Shown: piece after piece, positions 10,761-24,832 of the stretch
How positions within the stretch are numbered: position 1 is the stretch's first letter
Layout of the letters: the number at the start of each line of letters is the position of its first letter
NCBI GenBank assembly: GCA_028534125.1
Contig: CM052816.1
Coordinates: forward strand, 88,972,001-89,036,000
DNA length: 64,000 bases
Source of the DNA: Lama glama
Lineage: Eukaryota
Reading direction: 5' to 3'
Made by a program: the position numbers and the translations under genes
The notes under the pieces: generated by a model
Told to the model about the DNA's origin: nothing
The model's input: only the letters and a program-made list of their open reading frames with translations
The model's database searches: none

Positions 10761-13700
10761 TATGTTGAGCTATAGAAGCTGGAGAATGTGCTTGACATTT
10801 CCAGGGCAAAAGAGGAGGCCAGGGAAAGAGGAAAGCAATGGAAAAAGAGAACCTATCAGTCTGGAATAAGAATCAGTGGTTCCACAGGTTGAGAGTAAGC
10901 CTCAGCTGGCTTCCTATGCATCACCCCAGACAGCTCCAAGATGCTTGTCAGGGGGCAGAGATCTCCTCCACGGCTGTGCAGAGCACCAGCCACCAGTGCC
11001 GCCTGCCTGCACTGCTGAAGGGAGGCGGGAAAAGAGCCAGCATCATAGGGTCAGAGATGAGAGGTGTCTGCAGCAGAGACACAGGACACACCCTCTGAAA
11101 GGCAGGGTTAGGCATCCTGCCCCTTTGCTCCCTAGCAAGCATGTTAGACCAGAAATGACTTCAGAGAAGCAGAGGAATCTCAGGGAGAAATCTGTGCATA
11201 GCAGGTGGGCTAAAGATGCTTGAAGTTGACTGAATATTTATCTGACTGAAACCATTTTGAAGTGAGAGTGACTAGAATATCATAAAATAGCAACATTAAG
11301 TTTTCCTCTATCAACCAGAAATGGGACTCTAGAAAGAAAATTAGATTCTGTTAAGGAAACAGAGTTTTAGGTTTTGTACTTCAGGTTTCTGACTGTGCAA
11401 TTTGTCTCTGTTACGTTTATGCACAGTCACTTTTTTTGGCTCACCCCAGAAACGTACGATATAGTACTTTCTATATGAGAGCACAGAAATGACCTTATTT
11501 TGTGACTTATACTTTGAGAAAACCAAGGTCTATCTAAGAAAAATGTCCATAGGTCAAAGAGGACAAAAAAATTTAAAGTCTGCTTGGCTGTTGATTTTAT
11601 TTTATGATTATTAAATGTACCTTTCTTCATCAACACTCACTACCAACAAGCACATTTAGATCTTGATGCAAGAGCAAAACCAACACAAAGATACTGTGGA
11701 ATACCACCACCAGCAAGGTGGGGACAACATTAATATGGCACAAGTCGCAATAACAAAGAGGTTCTGTCTCTGTAGAGTCCTGGTATATTTACTACAATTA
11801 ATTACTGGTAAGTGCCTTTGGAATTAGACTAGAACAATCATACAGACGTTTATCAGAAGTCCAGGTTTGTTATGTCTTTTTCAAGGTTAATTAAAATGTG
11901 TAAACAAAATGTAGAATAAGTGATGAGAGCATCAAACCAGCAGAGACATCCATATGTTGACAGTACTCCCAATCATTAGTCTTTAACTTTTTTCCCCATA
12001 TAACGTTTTTTTTTTCACAGCACCATATAAAGTTTCTATGTTACAAAAGTGGATATGCAATTTTGTAGGCCACTTTGAGAAAGTTATGTGTATAGACAAA
12101 TTTGGGTGGGCATCTGAGAGCTGCTGGGTAGTTACACAGACCTCAAATTGTACCCCTACCTACTCCTCTTTGGTGACCATGTAAGAGTTTATCATTAAGA
12201 TTATGGTATTTTATTTTTAGGCAATTCAAAGTCCCTAAAAATGCAAATACACCTGGGAAAAACAATATATTAGCTTTTATTTATTCACAGAGAAATACAA
12301 AAATAGATAAAAATAGAGCAAATGTAGGTAGGTTCTGGAAGCAAAGTGATAAGTACAGGGAAGCCTGGGTAGGAGCCAACATTTGCACTGAGTCCTGGGG
12401 TGTAGATAGTGTCTATGAAGCAAATGCGAAATTGAAATTGAATCAACAAAGATGCAAGGGAAAAACGCAAGTGTGTTGGGAAGAGTTGGACTTTGGTTTT
12501 AAATTGATCATCAATCCCCTAAATTCAAATAGTAAAACCTTGGTAAAGTATGGAGGCCTTCAAGTTTCAGGTTAAGATATAGGTACTTCTTCCAGGAAAA
12601 AAGAAATAATTAAAGCATCTCTAGCAGAGGAATGGCAAGATAAGTACTATGTACCTTATTAAAGAACAAAGTAAATAAGATAGCTAGAAATCAGAAAAAC
12701 ATAACAGGATTGTGAGGAAGTAATGCAACAGAGCAGGTGAGTTTTCATGAGATAAACAGGTAGAGCGAGGTCTAGAATGTGTGGTGGGTGATACTACAAG
12801 CGGAGAAGCTTAAAGACCTGCAGTTTCCCAAGGGGTCCTGGGCTGCGTGTGGATAGGCAGACTCGGAGGAAACAGGCAGAAAGCCTGAGGGTAGATAGGC
12901 ATTTTAGATACATTTTACTGCTTTACATTCTTGCTTGGGACCCTTGGGCAATGGTCGGCTTATTCAGACTTGGATGAAGAAGTGTCAGTGGTTGTGTGGG
13001 GAGATTTTAAATAAATTTTCATTTTAATAGAATAACAAAGGACAAAGACCAAAAAAAAAAAATACGAAAAATGAAGACCCTACAACTTCTCTTTCTGATA
13101 TTACACTCGTTTAGGCTTAGTAAGCTTGAATTTTCCATTTCCTCACGTAAAGCTAGATCAGTGTTTCCCAGAGGCCCATTTCTATTCCACCAGGTGCTAA
13201 TGGATGTTACCAAATAAAGGAAATCAAACAAAACAATAACTCCGACAATGATAGCACCTCCATGGTCGATAAACTTGTGAAAGTTGTGGGTTAAAAACGA
13301 AATAGTTTGCACGACTACGAGACTTTCAGAGTCTTTATTAAACTACTTTGCATTTTAAGGTCCAAGCAGAGAATACACCATGCAGCATTTGCCAAAATTA
13401 TTTTAACGCGAGTGTAATTTGGTTTTATTGTTAGGTAGAATGTTGAATAGGACTAGAAACTCTGAGAACATTTTCTGAACGACTACCCTGGAGACTTGCT
13501 GTGGTTCCCACCACCCTTACGGGAAGATGTGTACATTTGCGAGCAGCTGTATGATTATCAGCTACATAGCTCAGCTGATCAATCCAACTAGATATCTTAG
13601 TGTAAGTAAAATGTGTTTTCATCCAAGATACCATTTTGAATATGCATGATAGCATATATTGAACTTAATTTGTGAAGTTCATTGTTCATTTTGAATCCAT

Positions 13701-15069
13701 GGATAGTTGTAACAGCACAAGTATGTTTAACACACACCTGTGGAGTATATACTGTTAAATTGTCCCTTTTTAGAAGCCAAAACATAGAAGCATAAAATGT
13801 CTTTTTAAGATAGAGAAACAATCAAAATATTTATCCTCTAATGTAAAAATACTGATTTTGAGGGGTCTTTATTTTGGAATCTCAATTGTACTTTCAAGTC
13901 AAGGAGTAGGAAATCGCATTTAAATAAATGCTTCTTTCCACAGCTGTTAGCAAGGACTTGGGGCTTCATTTAGAATTTATTCTACTCTGACATTTGCTGA
14001 AATTTAAAGATGTTCCTGGACATTTATTGCATGATTTACATGCATCTCAGGAAAGGATGATGAAATTCTAAAAGTAAAAACAAAACAATTGAATTGATTT
14101 AGGACAGTACAGACCAGAAACAAAAGTAAGGTGGTTAACAATTTGTTGTATTATCTACTGTTAATAGAAAATTACTTTGGCTCTCTAAACATTGGTGTAA
14201 CTACTTTTTATTAAATAGGTGACTGCATCCTGATATCTCTGTAGGATATTCTCTTTTTTTTTAAATAAAAACTCTTTACCATTCGTAAAAGAAAAGGGTT
14301 CATCAAAATCTTTAATAGGAGGAAAAAAAAAAAAACTCAGTGTGCAAATTATCCAGCAGTGGAAATACAGAAAATCATAAAACTTGTTTAAATGTTCTCT
14401 TTAAAGCAAAGCACAAATATATAATAAAAATGAAATGCAAAAAAAAATTAAAAAACAAATGAAATGTGGTCAATGCCTCTCTCTTTCTCTCTCTGTCTGC
14501 TATCATACTTCTTTTCTATCATCTCCTTTCTCTTCTCTCCTCTCTTCTCCAAGGTCAAAATTTCCTGGTTAAATGGAAAGCTCTAATTAGTGCCTTATCT
14601 CATTACAAAGCCAAGGAATTTCCAATTAATTCAAATTTAATAAACTTGACAGCTTCTATTCAGAGGAGGAACTCCTTCAAATTATCACCACATTATTCAT
14701 TAGATTAAAGTAGTTACGTATTAAATAATATAAAATTTGTTTTTTAAGGAGATAACACTTGGCAGCATTGACAAAATCTGAATACTGTGATATTGCCATA
14801 TAGATTTACAACTACAGTGTCATAATCACTTAGCTGTAGTGTGATAAGAAAAATTAAATAGCTATTTAAAGTTGTTTCTTACCATCAATATTTTCTACCT
14901 TTTTTAGTCACTTCCTACCTCAGTGAGGTCATTTGCAGAAATTTTTAAGTTTCCAATCAGATAAAAATTGAATCCTAGAAGTAAAGAAAGAAGCAATTTT
15001 CAAAAGAAAAACAAAAGGGCCCTCAGTATATTAAAACTGTATTAATCTAGAAAATGTCTAACTCAACGA

Positions 15070-15200
15070 CTTAATTTCATTGAAAACAAAACTAAATCAC
15101 TAGAGAGTTTGTGTGTCTTGCCAGATTCACACCGCTAGTTAGAAGAAAAGTCAAGATTGACACTGTCCCCAGTTCTAAAGTCTATTTAAATTGTGCCATG
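15070..15200 (-). mobile_element. MIR fragment
   Basis: aaactaaatcactagagagttt...cttgccagattcacaccgctagttag matches reversed MIR. Confidence 0.55.
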
Positions 15201-15224
15201 TCTGCCATGCTTGTCTATGTGCTA

Positions 15225-16110
15225 TTTATTCATTCTGCAAATGTATATTGAGATCCTAATATATGGTGAGCAGCATTCTTAGCTCTGGGAATAGACTTGT
15301 ATCAAAAACAAACAATAAAACCAAACCCAACAAGTTCTGCACCTAAGGAGATTACGTTCTGGTCAGGAGCAGAGGCAAGCACTAAACAGACCAAAAACTA
15401 TGACATTGTTTAGAGTGGGAAGTCATGAGCAAGGACCCACATGAACAAACTAACAAGAGGGAGCTATGACATGGAGTTCCTGGTTATTGAAGTCATTTCT
15501 GTGAAGTACTGATAATTGCTTGAGATGGGAATTATGAAAAGATTAGATCTGGGGGATAAAGTTTGCAAGCACAGGCAAGAGCAAGTGTGCCATCTGCAGA
15601 ATAGGGAGGAGCTTGGCATGTCGTTTTGGAGAAACAGAAATTTGTCGAGTGTGATACAGTGAGTTAGTGTCTGACAAGAGGCAGATCATATGGGACTGGG
15701 TAGATAGATCCTCCATAAAGTTTGAGTTTTATGTTGTGACTCAGGATAGCATTTCAAGACTCGAAGGTATTAAGCAAAATACCAAGTAAAAAAGCAATGG
15801 AATAAAATATTGTGGGTTTTTTTGTTTGTTTGTTTTTTACTTTTAGAAAACTGTTGACTGATGCCTGGAGAATGGAATTGAGGTAGAATAATTAATTTTG
15901 GGTTTAGGAAGATAATTAAGAGGCTACTGCTAATGATGATAGAAGTTTGAACTGGCAGCAATGGCAAAGGATAACACTGCTTGGAGTTAAGATAGAGCTT
16001 GGGTATGAAGCCAGCAGACACCAGGAGAGGAACAGAAAAAGAGAAATGATGGCTCCTAGATTTTTAGCATGAAACACTGGGTACATGGAAGTGTATTTAG
16101 TAGAGCTGGG
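15225..16110 (-). mobile_element. L2 3' portion
   Basis: ttattcattctgcaaatgtatattgagatcctaatatatg...ttagctctggga tail, followed by L2 body. Confidence 0.7.
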
Positions 16111-18364
16111 GGTATTTAATACATTGTACTTAATAGAGTATGCAAGTAAAGTAAAAATAAATTAAAAAAATGTAGAGTAAAGCAGAACTCAAGACTTAAG
16201 TTTTGTTGTTTTTTGTTTGTTTGTTTTTGAACATATTAAAATAATTGTACATACGCATCCTGATTTTTTTTTTGTCAAATAAATAAACACTGCTTACATT
16301 AACAAACTGGCTATCATTGTAGGTAAAAAATTGTTCAGTGGTCCATGTTAGTTTGTGAATGGAACAGACCTTATTCATGAAGAATACCATTGTGAAATAC
16401 TGTTATTTTTTCAACAAATTTCTCAACATGTTTCTGTAGCCTCAACTAGGAATTATTAGATTTTAATAATAATCATGATTATCATGGTTACTGACTGCTA
16501 TGTGCTATTGTGTACTTGTATTTAAAATTCAACTTAAAATATTCACAAGGATTTGTGTTAATAAAAATATTAGTTCAGAGAAAGGTAATGATGTGGTTTT
16601 CTAATATTTTTATTTAGAAAGGCTAACATATTATTTCTTAATATTCCTATCTATCCTGAAAGGTTAAGCTTTGAGGAAATGAGCTTATATATACTCAGAA
16701 AATAATGGGGTTAATATTGGTAGTTCCTACAAAGAAAAATATCACAGAATATTTATCAATAACATAGATGCATGCTATAGACAGATATCTCAAAGAATAC
16801 AGTCTTTAATTCACTTTTATTTAAACTAATGTTAAGTTACCAAAATGTTTTGAAGTTTTCTTAATCAGTTGTTCCTCTTTTAAGTTGCATGCAGGAGGAA
16901 AAGAGATAAAGTGGATGAGACAAATGCATATAGAGAAACCAAAAATTAAAGATAAGAGAGAATTCACAGCTATAATTGGAACTTTGTTCTGAAATTTATA
17001 CAGTGTGTTCTGTAGTTTTTAGATAAAGAAACTAAGACACAGAGAAACCCAAGATCACTACATTCTTAGCAGCAAAGATAATACAGAAACCCAGGTTTCT
17101 TGAATTTCAAGTTGATGGAGCTGCACAAATTTAATCTTTAAGAGTTTTATATTCAAGACTTGTGGATGCACTTTATTGGCTCTATTTTTAATACATTTTA
17201 GGGATATCGGCTATGTGGTTGGGGAAAAACCTAAACTAAGATTTATTAATTTCAGAAAAGAAATGAATGTAAAATTTGCTTGAGGCCAATCAAAATTAAA
17301 TGAATCCAATGATAGAAAAGTAGGTTCCTGTATAGTTGTGGCATCCGTGTTTAAGGGGAAGTGGGATTAATAGAAGGAGAGATGGCAGAGGAGAAACAGC
17401 TGATGTAAAAATAAAGTTCTTTTGTTCAGTAAGGCAGTATGTCTGGGTTAAATGAGCTATATATGAGTCAATAAATTCAATAGAAAACATTTTCAAACCC
17501 AATTAAAACACTTTAGTATCTGATAAATGTATGCATTTTGTGATCTATACTCTACACACTTAAATTGCACTTTTATAGACAGGCAGGACATTAGTTTATC
17601 AATGCAAAATATTATTATTTGCTAAGGATGTACCTGCTGCATATATAAGAACCCCTTAAAGCATGGGATAGATTAATTCCTTTCCTCAGAGATTTTTAAG
17701 CACCGGCTGTGTATAAGGCGTTGCTCTAGCACCGCAGATTACAGTTACCTTGTCTCCAACTGGCGAGATCACAGTTGTACACTGAAGAGATGAAGAATTT
17801 ATTAAAATGAGGAAAGTTAAAAATGACGTGACATTAAATGACATGAATTACAGCTCAAATTTAGAAACATAAAAGAAAATGGTGAATCACCCTGATTTGG
17901 GGAAGAGAATGAGAACATTTGAAAAATGAGAATGTGTTTTTTTCCAATTCATCTAAGCCCTCTTTCAGATGATAACAGAAATTATAAATTTGTATCAGTT
18001 ATTAAAGGACTAACAGCTACGCAGAGGACTTTGGCTTTGACATGGCAGACTGTAGGAAGTCCTGGAAGTTTCTGAGCAATGGTAATCTGAGTTGTGACTG
18101 TGTGACCGCCTTAGGGAGATTACGGTTGAAGCATGTAAGTCAGCGGGTGCCGAGTGGCTACTTGAGTGAATAAGTGAACGAGTAGTTATTCTTCATTCAA
18201 ATGCCAAGAATCTAATAAGAGGTAAAAATGTAGAGTCGAACACCAACCTTTTATTTTATTTCTTTTATTTTTAGCTTAAGAATTAAAAAAAAATTTAACG
18301 TGGCATCTTGCCAACTTAATTATAGACGCTAACCATCACAAAGGAATGAAAGCCAAGTGAGAGT

Positions 18365-18680
18365 CAGGGTCATCAGCGAGGTGGCACTGCAGAATCAAAC
18401 AACCTCAGAATCAATGGTTTGTTACAGGAAATGTTCGTGTTGTGCTCACCACACGTTCCTTGTGTAGCTGAGAACGTTGATTCCTGTGTTCTGCTGTTGC
18501 CCAAGGCGTCACCTTGCAAGCTGATAGTTAATGTAACAGAGGGAAAGAGAATACTAACATCGAAGTCAAACATGTCACGTCCACTCAAAGGGACAAACTA
18601 GTTACATGGCTTCACCCACACACAAGGCATGGGAAAGTGCAGTCCTGCTGTTTGTTCAGAGAACAGAGAGCTGGAAATAC
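18365..18680 (-). mobile_element. Old MaLR LTR (MLT1J/K-like) within L2-derived sequence
   Basis: aacaacctcagaatcaatggttt...aactagttacatggcttcaccca...gggaaagtgcagtcct matches the reversed MLT1 pattern. Confidence 0.55.
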
Positions 18681-19189
18681 TTCCTAGGTTTTTGTGAGAT
18701 AGAGTAAGGCTCCTTGAAAGAAATGTGACAGGTGAAGGCATCTTCTAATTTTCAAGGAACAGGGAAATATGAAATATTGAGTTTCATGTCTGATAAATTT
18801 AGCAGCTCTTCTAAAGCAACCAAGGGGACCCGTCTTGATATTGTTATTAATACAGAAATTGGAGGGTTATAAAGTGACTGGGATGAAAATTTGGCTGTCA
18901 TTGAATATCACTTACAGTCGAAGCTATAGCGTGGGAATTTATGGGGCCATGAGAGTCCAGAGAGACCAACAGAAGGGCAAGGGCAGCTTGTCAGTAACTG
19001 GTGTTGAGGGGACGAGGAAGAGGAATACTCATAACCAGAAGAGAAGGAAGGACAGGCAGAAGAAAACGGGCAGCGCATTCAGGTGTGCTGTAAATTCAGA
19101 GCTTCACACAGAAGTACGTGGCGAACAGCGTCAAGTACTAAAAATGAAGTTGGACAAGAGACAGTGTCATTGCAATTGGCAGAGTTATG

Positions 19190-19408
19190 ATAATATTTAG
19201 CATGCAGTCTGTACTTTTAAGATATTCACGTGTATTATCTCATTAAAACATTTTTACGACGGATAAGGCATAATGGATAAGGTTAAACCAAAAACAAATA
19301 AACAAACAAACAAAAAATCTCATAACTAGTAAATATCAGAGACAGGATTTGAACCAGGCATTCTGTCTGCAGAATCCTGGTCTACTCTTAATCAGTGATT
19401 TATATTCT
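19190..19408 (-). mobile_element. MIR
   Basis: tattatctcatt... and ataactagtaaatatcagagacaggatttgaaccaggcattctgtctgcagaatcc. Confidence 0.7.
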
Positions 19409-20760
19409 AGTGTGGGTTGCTAGGCATTTTTTTCCCCAATAAAGCAGAGGAATTAAATCTGGATTACAAACTAGTAATAATGGTAAGTGGAGCGTGGAAA
19501 CAAATACAGTCCGTGCGCTTTAAGAGTTTACAGATGAAAGGACATAGATTTTGTATGTTTGAATGGAGTGTATAGTAAGAAAAGGCTGAGGTTTTCTGAC
19601 CTGATTTGGTTTTAGACAAGAAGACACCTAAACATGACACATAATTAGCAAAAAAGAAGGGAGAAACTGAGTTAAACTTTGTAGTACATCCGCTGTTTAT
19701 AATGTATCTCATTTGGCATTTAATACACTTCTTTATTCAATTCATTGACAAGTTGGATACCTTCCTCACTTTGCAGAGTAATTAAGAGATTGTATCAAAA
19801 TTCACATTCAGATACCTTTGGCTTCAGAGCACATTTATTTTTTTTACTGTATCATGTTAGAGGACAGAGGAAAAAAGAAAACTAGAGAGAATACATTTAT
19901 GTGTATAATAGATACAGAAGAAGCAGATAGAAATATTAGAATTCAATGCAATACAAAAATGTTTTCATTTTTTTGAAACTAAAAGGTACCAAGAATATGG
20001 GGTGTGTAATATGCTAAAAAGACAATGATTATATAAGGGGATGCAAGCTAACTTAACAGTAGTAATAAAACAAACACTGAACACATATAGCAACACTGTT
20101 ACAACCTACCTGTGGTTTCTCTATGTGAGGAAACCTCAATATGAGTTGAGTAAAATTCCTGTCAAGAAATAGAGGGACGCACTTCTCCTCGGCTTCTCCT
20201 CACAGGTCACCTATGTGGTGATAAGATTATTTATTATTTTTTTCCAACAGTTTGGGTAGCAGTATTACTTTCTTCAGTTATTGTCCAATAGGAAAAAACA
20301 CTTTCCAAAGGATCATATTCACAATTAAATTTGCATGCCAGGTGTGTGTTTCGCTTTTATGTATTTTCCCTTAAGGTTGAAAAAAGTCATATTATTTTTC
20401 GTTATTGTTGCTAGTATCATGACCACCACTTCATTTTTGGATGCTTTGCAGATTTTCTTTTGGTTGACAGCAAACCCTAGGATCTAGGGCATAGATGTTT
20501 CTTGCCTCTTTCGACAATTAATATCCTGACTCTAGGCTTGAAGAAGATGGAGAGGCAGAAATGAAGGGAAAGAGAAGCATCTGTTTCTCTAAAATGAGAT
20601 TTCGCATGCTCTCTTCGGTTTCTTCCCTGTTTCAACATGTGAGCAAGACAATCGATTCCCTTAACAGGTTACATGAGATAGAAAATCATCTTCAAACAAG
20701 TCAGCCTGTCACTTCAACCTGTCTCTTTAGCCTAAGAGGTTTTGCTCAGAGCAGTTATTT

Positions 20761-20801
20761 TGCATGTGTGTGTGTGTGTGCACGCACATGCATGCACGTG
20801 C
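20761..20801. repeat. (TG)n within an alternating purine-pyrimidine tract
   Basis: 41 bp of uninterrupted alternation, read directly. Confidence 0.9.
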
Positions 20802-21608
20802 TCACGTGTTTAATTTCCTGATGAGTATCTAACTTTCCATGGCATTTCACTTAGCACTTTGGATTAGACCCAACCTGCTATCTGATGTCAATAAATTAAA
20901 TAAATACCCAATTTTATTGCTCCTATGTCTGAAAACAATAATCCTGTGTGATTTAAGGAGTATGTATGATTGCTATGAACATCAAAAGTTCATATACAGC
21001 AGAATGCCAGACTCTAGAGAGTAAGGCATGGAATTGTCTGCATCTGGGTACAGCTATCTGTGGATTCCTGCGCCTGAGCTCCACCCGGTCTCTCGCTCTT
21101 CAGGGGAAAGTAATTTAGTACACACAATTCTTGGCCCTTTAAACTCGGATAAATTGGAAAAGCTGTAACTTTCTTGGCAACTTCTTTGCTGCTTTCTAAT
21201 GCTTTTTTATTGATGTACTTTCCTTCATCATGTGTTAGTTATTCTTGGTGTTTTTATTAAATCCGTGCACCACTTTCCCTTCCTGTTTTCATTTCCACAC
21301 ACAAAAAAACTTTAGAACTAGGACCAAAATTCTCACTTTGACTTTGCAACCACACAAATTTAACAGATTTAAACTCTGTAAACAGTTTTCTGTGAAATGT
21401 AGTTTGAAACTCAGTCCACAAAAACAGCCATCTTCAAAGAGGCAAATAAACAACTCTAGGCATTTATAATGTATATTGCTTTGGAAAAAAACAAGCCTTT
21501 TTATCCTAATGTGCAATTTTCATCTAAAAAACTCAATTTAGCTAAAGGCAATGAAAAATAAGTGTCCTTACTTCCAAATTAAGTAAGTCTGACTTTTCAT
21601 TGATGTCT

Positions 21609-21642
21609 TATATATATGTATATGTGTGTGTGTGTGTATGCA

Positions 21643-21682
<40 letters not shown>
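21609..21682. repeat. Compound (TA)n/(TG)n microsatellite
   Basis: Read directly. Confidence 0.95.
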
Positions 21683-21684
<2 letters not shown>

Positions 21685-22209
21685 TATTCAAGGTTAATGT
21701 AGAGCTGAAACTGATCATTGTGGAAGAAATATCAGACAACGTTAGACTATGTGGATTCTGCCACAGTGAAGAGTATTTTGTGAGTATTAGGGAAAGTTTT
21801 TGAATAATGATCATGCTATATCCTATCTCTTGGTTTGTTGCTTAACGTGAAAATAAATGAACATCAAGGGAAAGGAAATATGGTTTAGTTTCTTTTTGGC
21901 TTCCATTTCCCCATTCTTACCCTCCAATTGGTAGGCGATGCCTATAAATGAAATACAATGCAAGCAGCTCACTTGAATCTCTTGAGGCATTTCTGCTTTG
22001 TTACCATTAATACGTGTGAGTTAAGTAATCCCCTTTCCCGTGTTGTTCTAATTTTAATTTGTCTGGCTAGTTGGGGTTTTGTCTTCTTTGATGTAAGAGA
22101 CAATCTGCTGAAATCATAGATCTTGTTGGATCTGTCTCATTGATAAATTATCTGAGACGAAGCTGGTATCAGGCTACTAACAGATCTCCCACACCCACTG
22201 AGATGGATT

Positions 22210-22690
22210 TTCAACCCTAAAGCCCAAGGAAGCATCATTTTAAAACATAAATCCATTCATGTCACAGCCCTACCAAAATCTCAATGGATGTTCCATAACT
22301 CTTAGGCTAAAAGACTTCATGTTATACACACTCTCCTTGAAATTGCCCTCCAGCCACACTCGCTTTCTTTTCTTTGATTCTTCTAAGTTGCCATGCACTT
22401 CCTGTCTTAAGATTCATTATATTACATAATTTAATGTCATTTTTCAGGGAATTCATCCCTGTTCCCAAAGACTAGATTTGGGCTCCCTGTTACATGTGCT
22501 TAACACGTCCTGTATGTTTCTTATAACACGTCTGAGTTGTAAATATCTATTCAGCTGGATGATTATTTGAGTAACTCTTATGCTACAACTAGGCTGTGAG
22601 ATTAATAATGATAATGACCTTGTTTTTGGTTCATCATTTTATTCCCAGTGCCAAGCAAATTACAGACAAACAATAAGGAAACTTCCTTAA
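22210..22690 (+). mobile_element. L2 3' portion
   Basis: ttttaaaacataaatccattcatgtcac...actaggctgtgag...tttattcccagtgccaagca. Confidence 0.6.
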
Positions 22691-24321
22691 ATTAGTGAAT
22701 CTTGCCTATGTGCACATTATTAAACTTTATGTTCTATATTTCCATGAAGAATGTATCTCTGGGGCCTTGAACTGCTGTAACTTTTTTTTTCAAAGATATG
22801 TATTTTTTCTAAATTGTTGCTCTTACACATTCCTACTATTTTACATGGTCTTTTAAAAAAGCTAACTGACTCCCAAAGGAATGGAGAATGTCAGATCTGC
22901 TCAGTCTTTTAGGAAAGACCTATCAGATAATGTTATGTTAATGTGATGACATGTTAGGGAGAGGAATCACCAACTAGGTGTCAGCAGGTGGAGCAGGATG
23001 ACTATTAGGAGCATGAGTTATAAATATTAAGCAATGAAATGTAAACTAGATAATTCAGCCTATTCAGTCATAAGTCACATTCACAACGCAATTCAATGTG
23101 TCTTTAATAAAATCTATAAGAAATATATTTTAGACACATGGGAATATGACAACCCCAGAGTTCAGTACTGAAATGGAATTGCTACTGTCACATTGCATGT
23201 TCTTTCAAATGACCGTCTCCTCTGCCTTGGCTGGACTTGGACCCTGTACAGGAGGGAACATGGTTGATATCACTTTAGATGCCTGGTGCTCTCCTTGTGT
23301 GCCTTAGTACAGTTTATCCCCAGTTCACAGATGAAGCCTCTGAAAAGAGACCAGGGTCAAAACCAAGTGTTTCCTACTTCTGGAACAAATCATCTATGTG
23401 TTTGGTGCCTGAAGTCCTGCCTCATGCCCTAAAACCTTAAATCGACTCGAAACAGCAGTGGAACTGGAAAGTCACTGTGTCATGAAAAATATTTTTCTTA
23501 AACTGTCCACTGAGTGCTGACATAGCACCTCCTAGACTAACAGAGTGTAAATGAAGTGAGCGAATAGTTCCCGATGCCTCCAGACATGGGGGCTGCTTAG
23601 AACTTGGAAGACGGGTGGGCTCTGTGCTCTTCTGTGAACAACAAAGGGAGAGTCCAGGGATCCTCTGTCACTCCTGAACTTGATCTTGCTTATCAGCTTT
23701 GCACTCTTTGGATAGAAAATCGAAAGTAAAGAAGTCTGAGTTGTGAATCGTGCTGATCCTCGAACAATTCTCCTGTTGGAGTCTTCAACCATTGTGATTA
23801 TACCCTATCTAGTTAGGTGCTTTGAAATCTAGACAGTAACACATTAAACGCTGAGCTCTGTGGTCTACATCCACGGGAAATACCCACATTAAGCAGAGGA
23901 GGTTTAAGTCATTCTTTATCCCTACCGTCAAAAAGAAACCTCTGGGGTCCCCCACTCTGTCCTTGTAGGTGTGGCTCTACAAAACCTTCCATACGAGAAC
24001 ATTCGACGGGCCTGTGGCTTAATTGCCTTCCCAATTAGATATTTCTCAGCACAGACATCATATTTGATTTACTGAAATGATGCTGCTTCCTGACATTTCA
24101 AATCGTTCAAGTCACAAACTAATTTAGTGTTGAGTTAAAGTGCATGGTCTCCAACATCTATAGCAATTAGATGAGGCAAATCATATCCGCCGAGTATCAG
24201 AAGCCAAGCATGTGGCAAAGGATGGTAGACTAGGAAAACAGAACTGAAAAGATGCCCATATGTCAAAAGCTCCTTGCCTTTGGGATTTTACAAGACAACT
24301 AATTTCTAAGGAACATTCTTC

Positions 24322-24832
24322 TTTTCTTTTTTTTTTTTTGGTTCATGTGTCAATCTAATTTTTTTGATTGAAGTATAGTCAGTTATAAAGTGTCAGTCTC
24401 TGGTGTGCAGCCTAATGTCCTAGCCATATATATACATATATATATTCATTTTCATTAAAGGTTATTACAAGATACTGAATATAGTTCCCTGTGCTATACA
24501 GAAGAAATTTGTTTGTTATCTATTCTTATAAAAGCAGTTAATATTTGCAAATCTTGAATTTCCAAATTTATCCCTTCCCATTGCCTTTCCTCCCAGTAAC
24601 CATAAGATTGTTTGCAAAGTCTGCAAGTCTGTTTCTGTTTTGAAGAGGCATTCATTAGTGTCTGCTTTTGAATTGTTTTAGATTCCACATATGAATGATA
24701 TTATATGGTATTTTTCTTTCTCTTTCTGGCTTACTTCACTTAAAGTGATGACTTCTAGGTCCAAACATGTTGCTGCAAATGGCATTATTTTATTCTCTTT
24801 TATGGCTGAGCAGTATTTCTTTGTATAAATAT
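24322..24832 (-). mobile_element. 5'-truncated L1 3'UTR, older artiodactyl/camelid subfamily
   Basis: T-rich tail, attgaagtatagtcagtt, gttccctgtgctatacag, tagattccacatatga, ctggcttacttcactta and gttgctgcaaatggcatta. Confidence 0.9.

Noticed and set aside
10838..11223. GC-richer overlapping ORFs of 86-115 aa
   Set aside because: No recognisable domain or convincing splice boundaries.
13019..13312. 97-aa ORF with hydrophobic stretches
   Set aside because: Non-ATG start. The hydrophobicity follows from T-rich sequence and I recognise no family.
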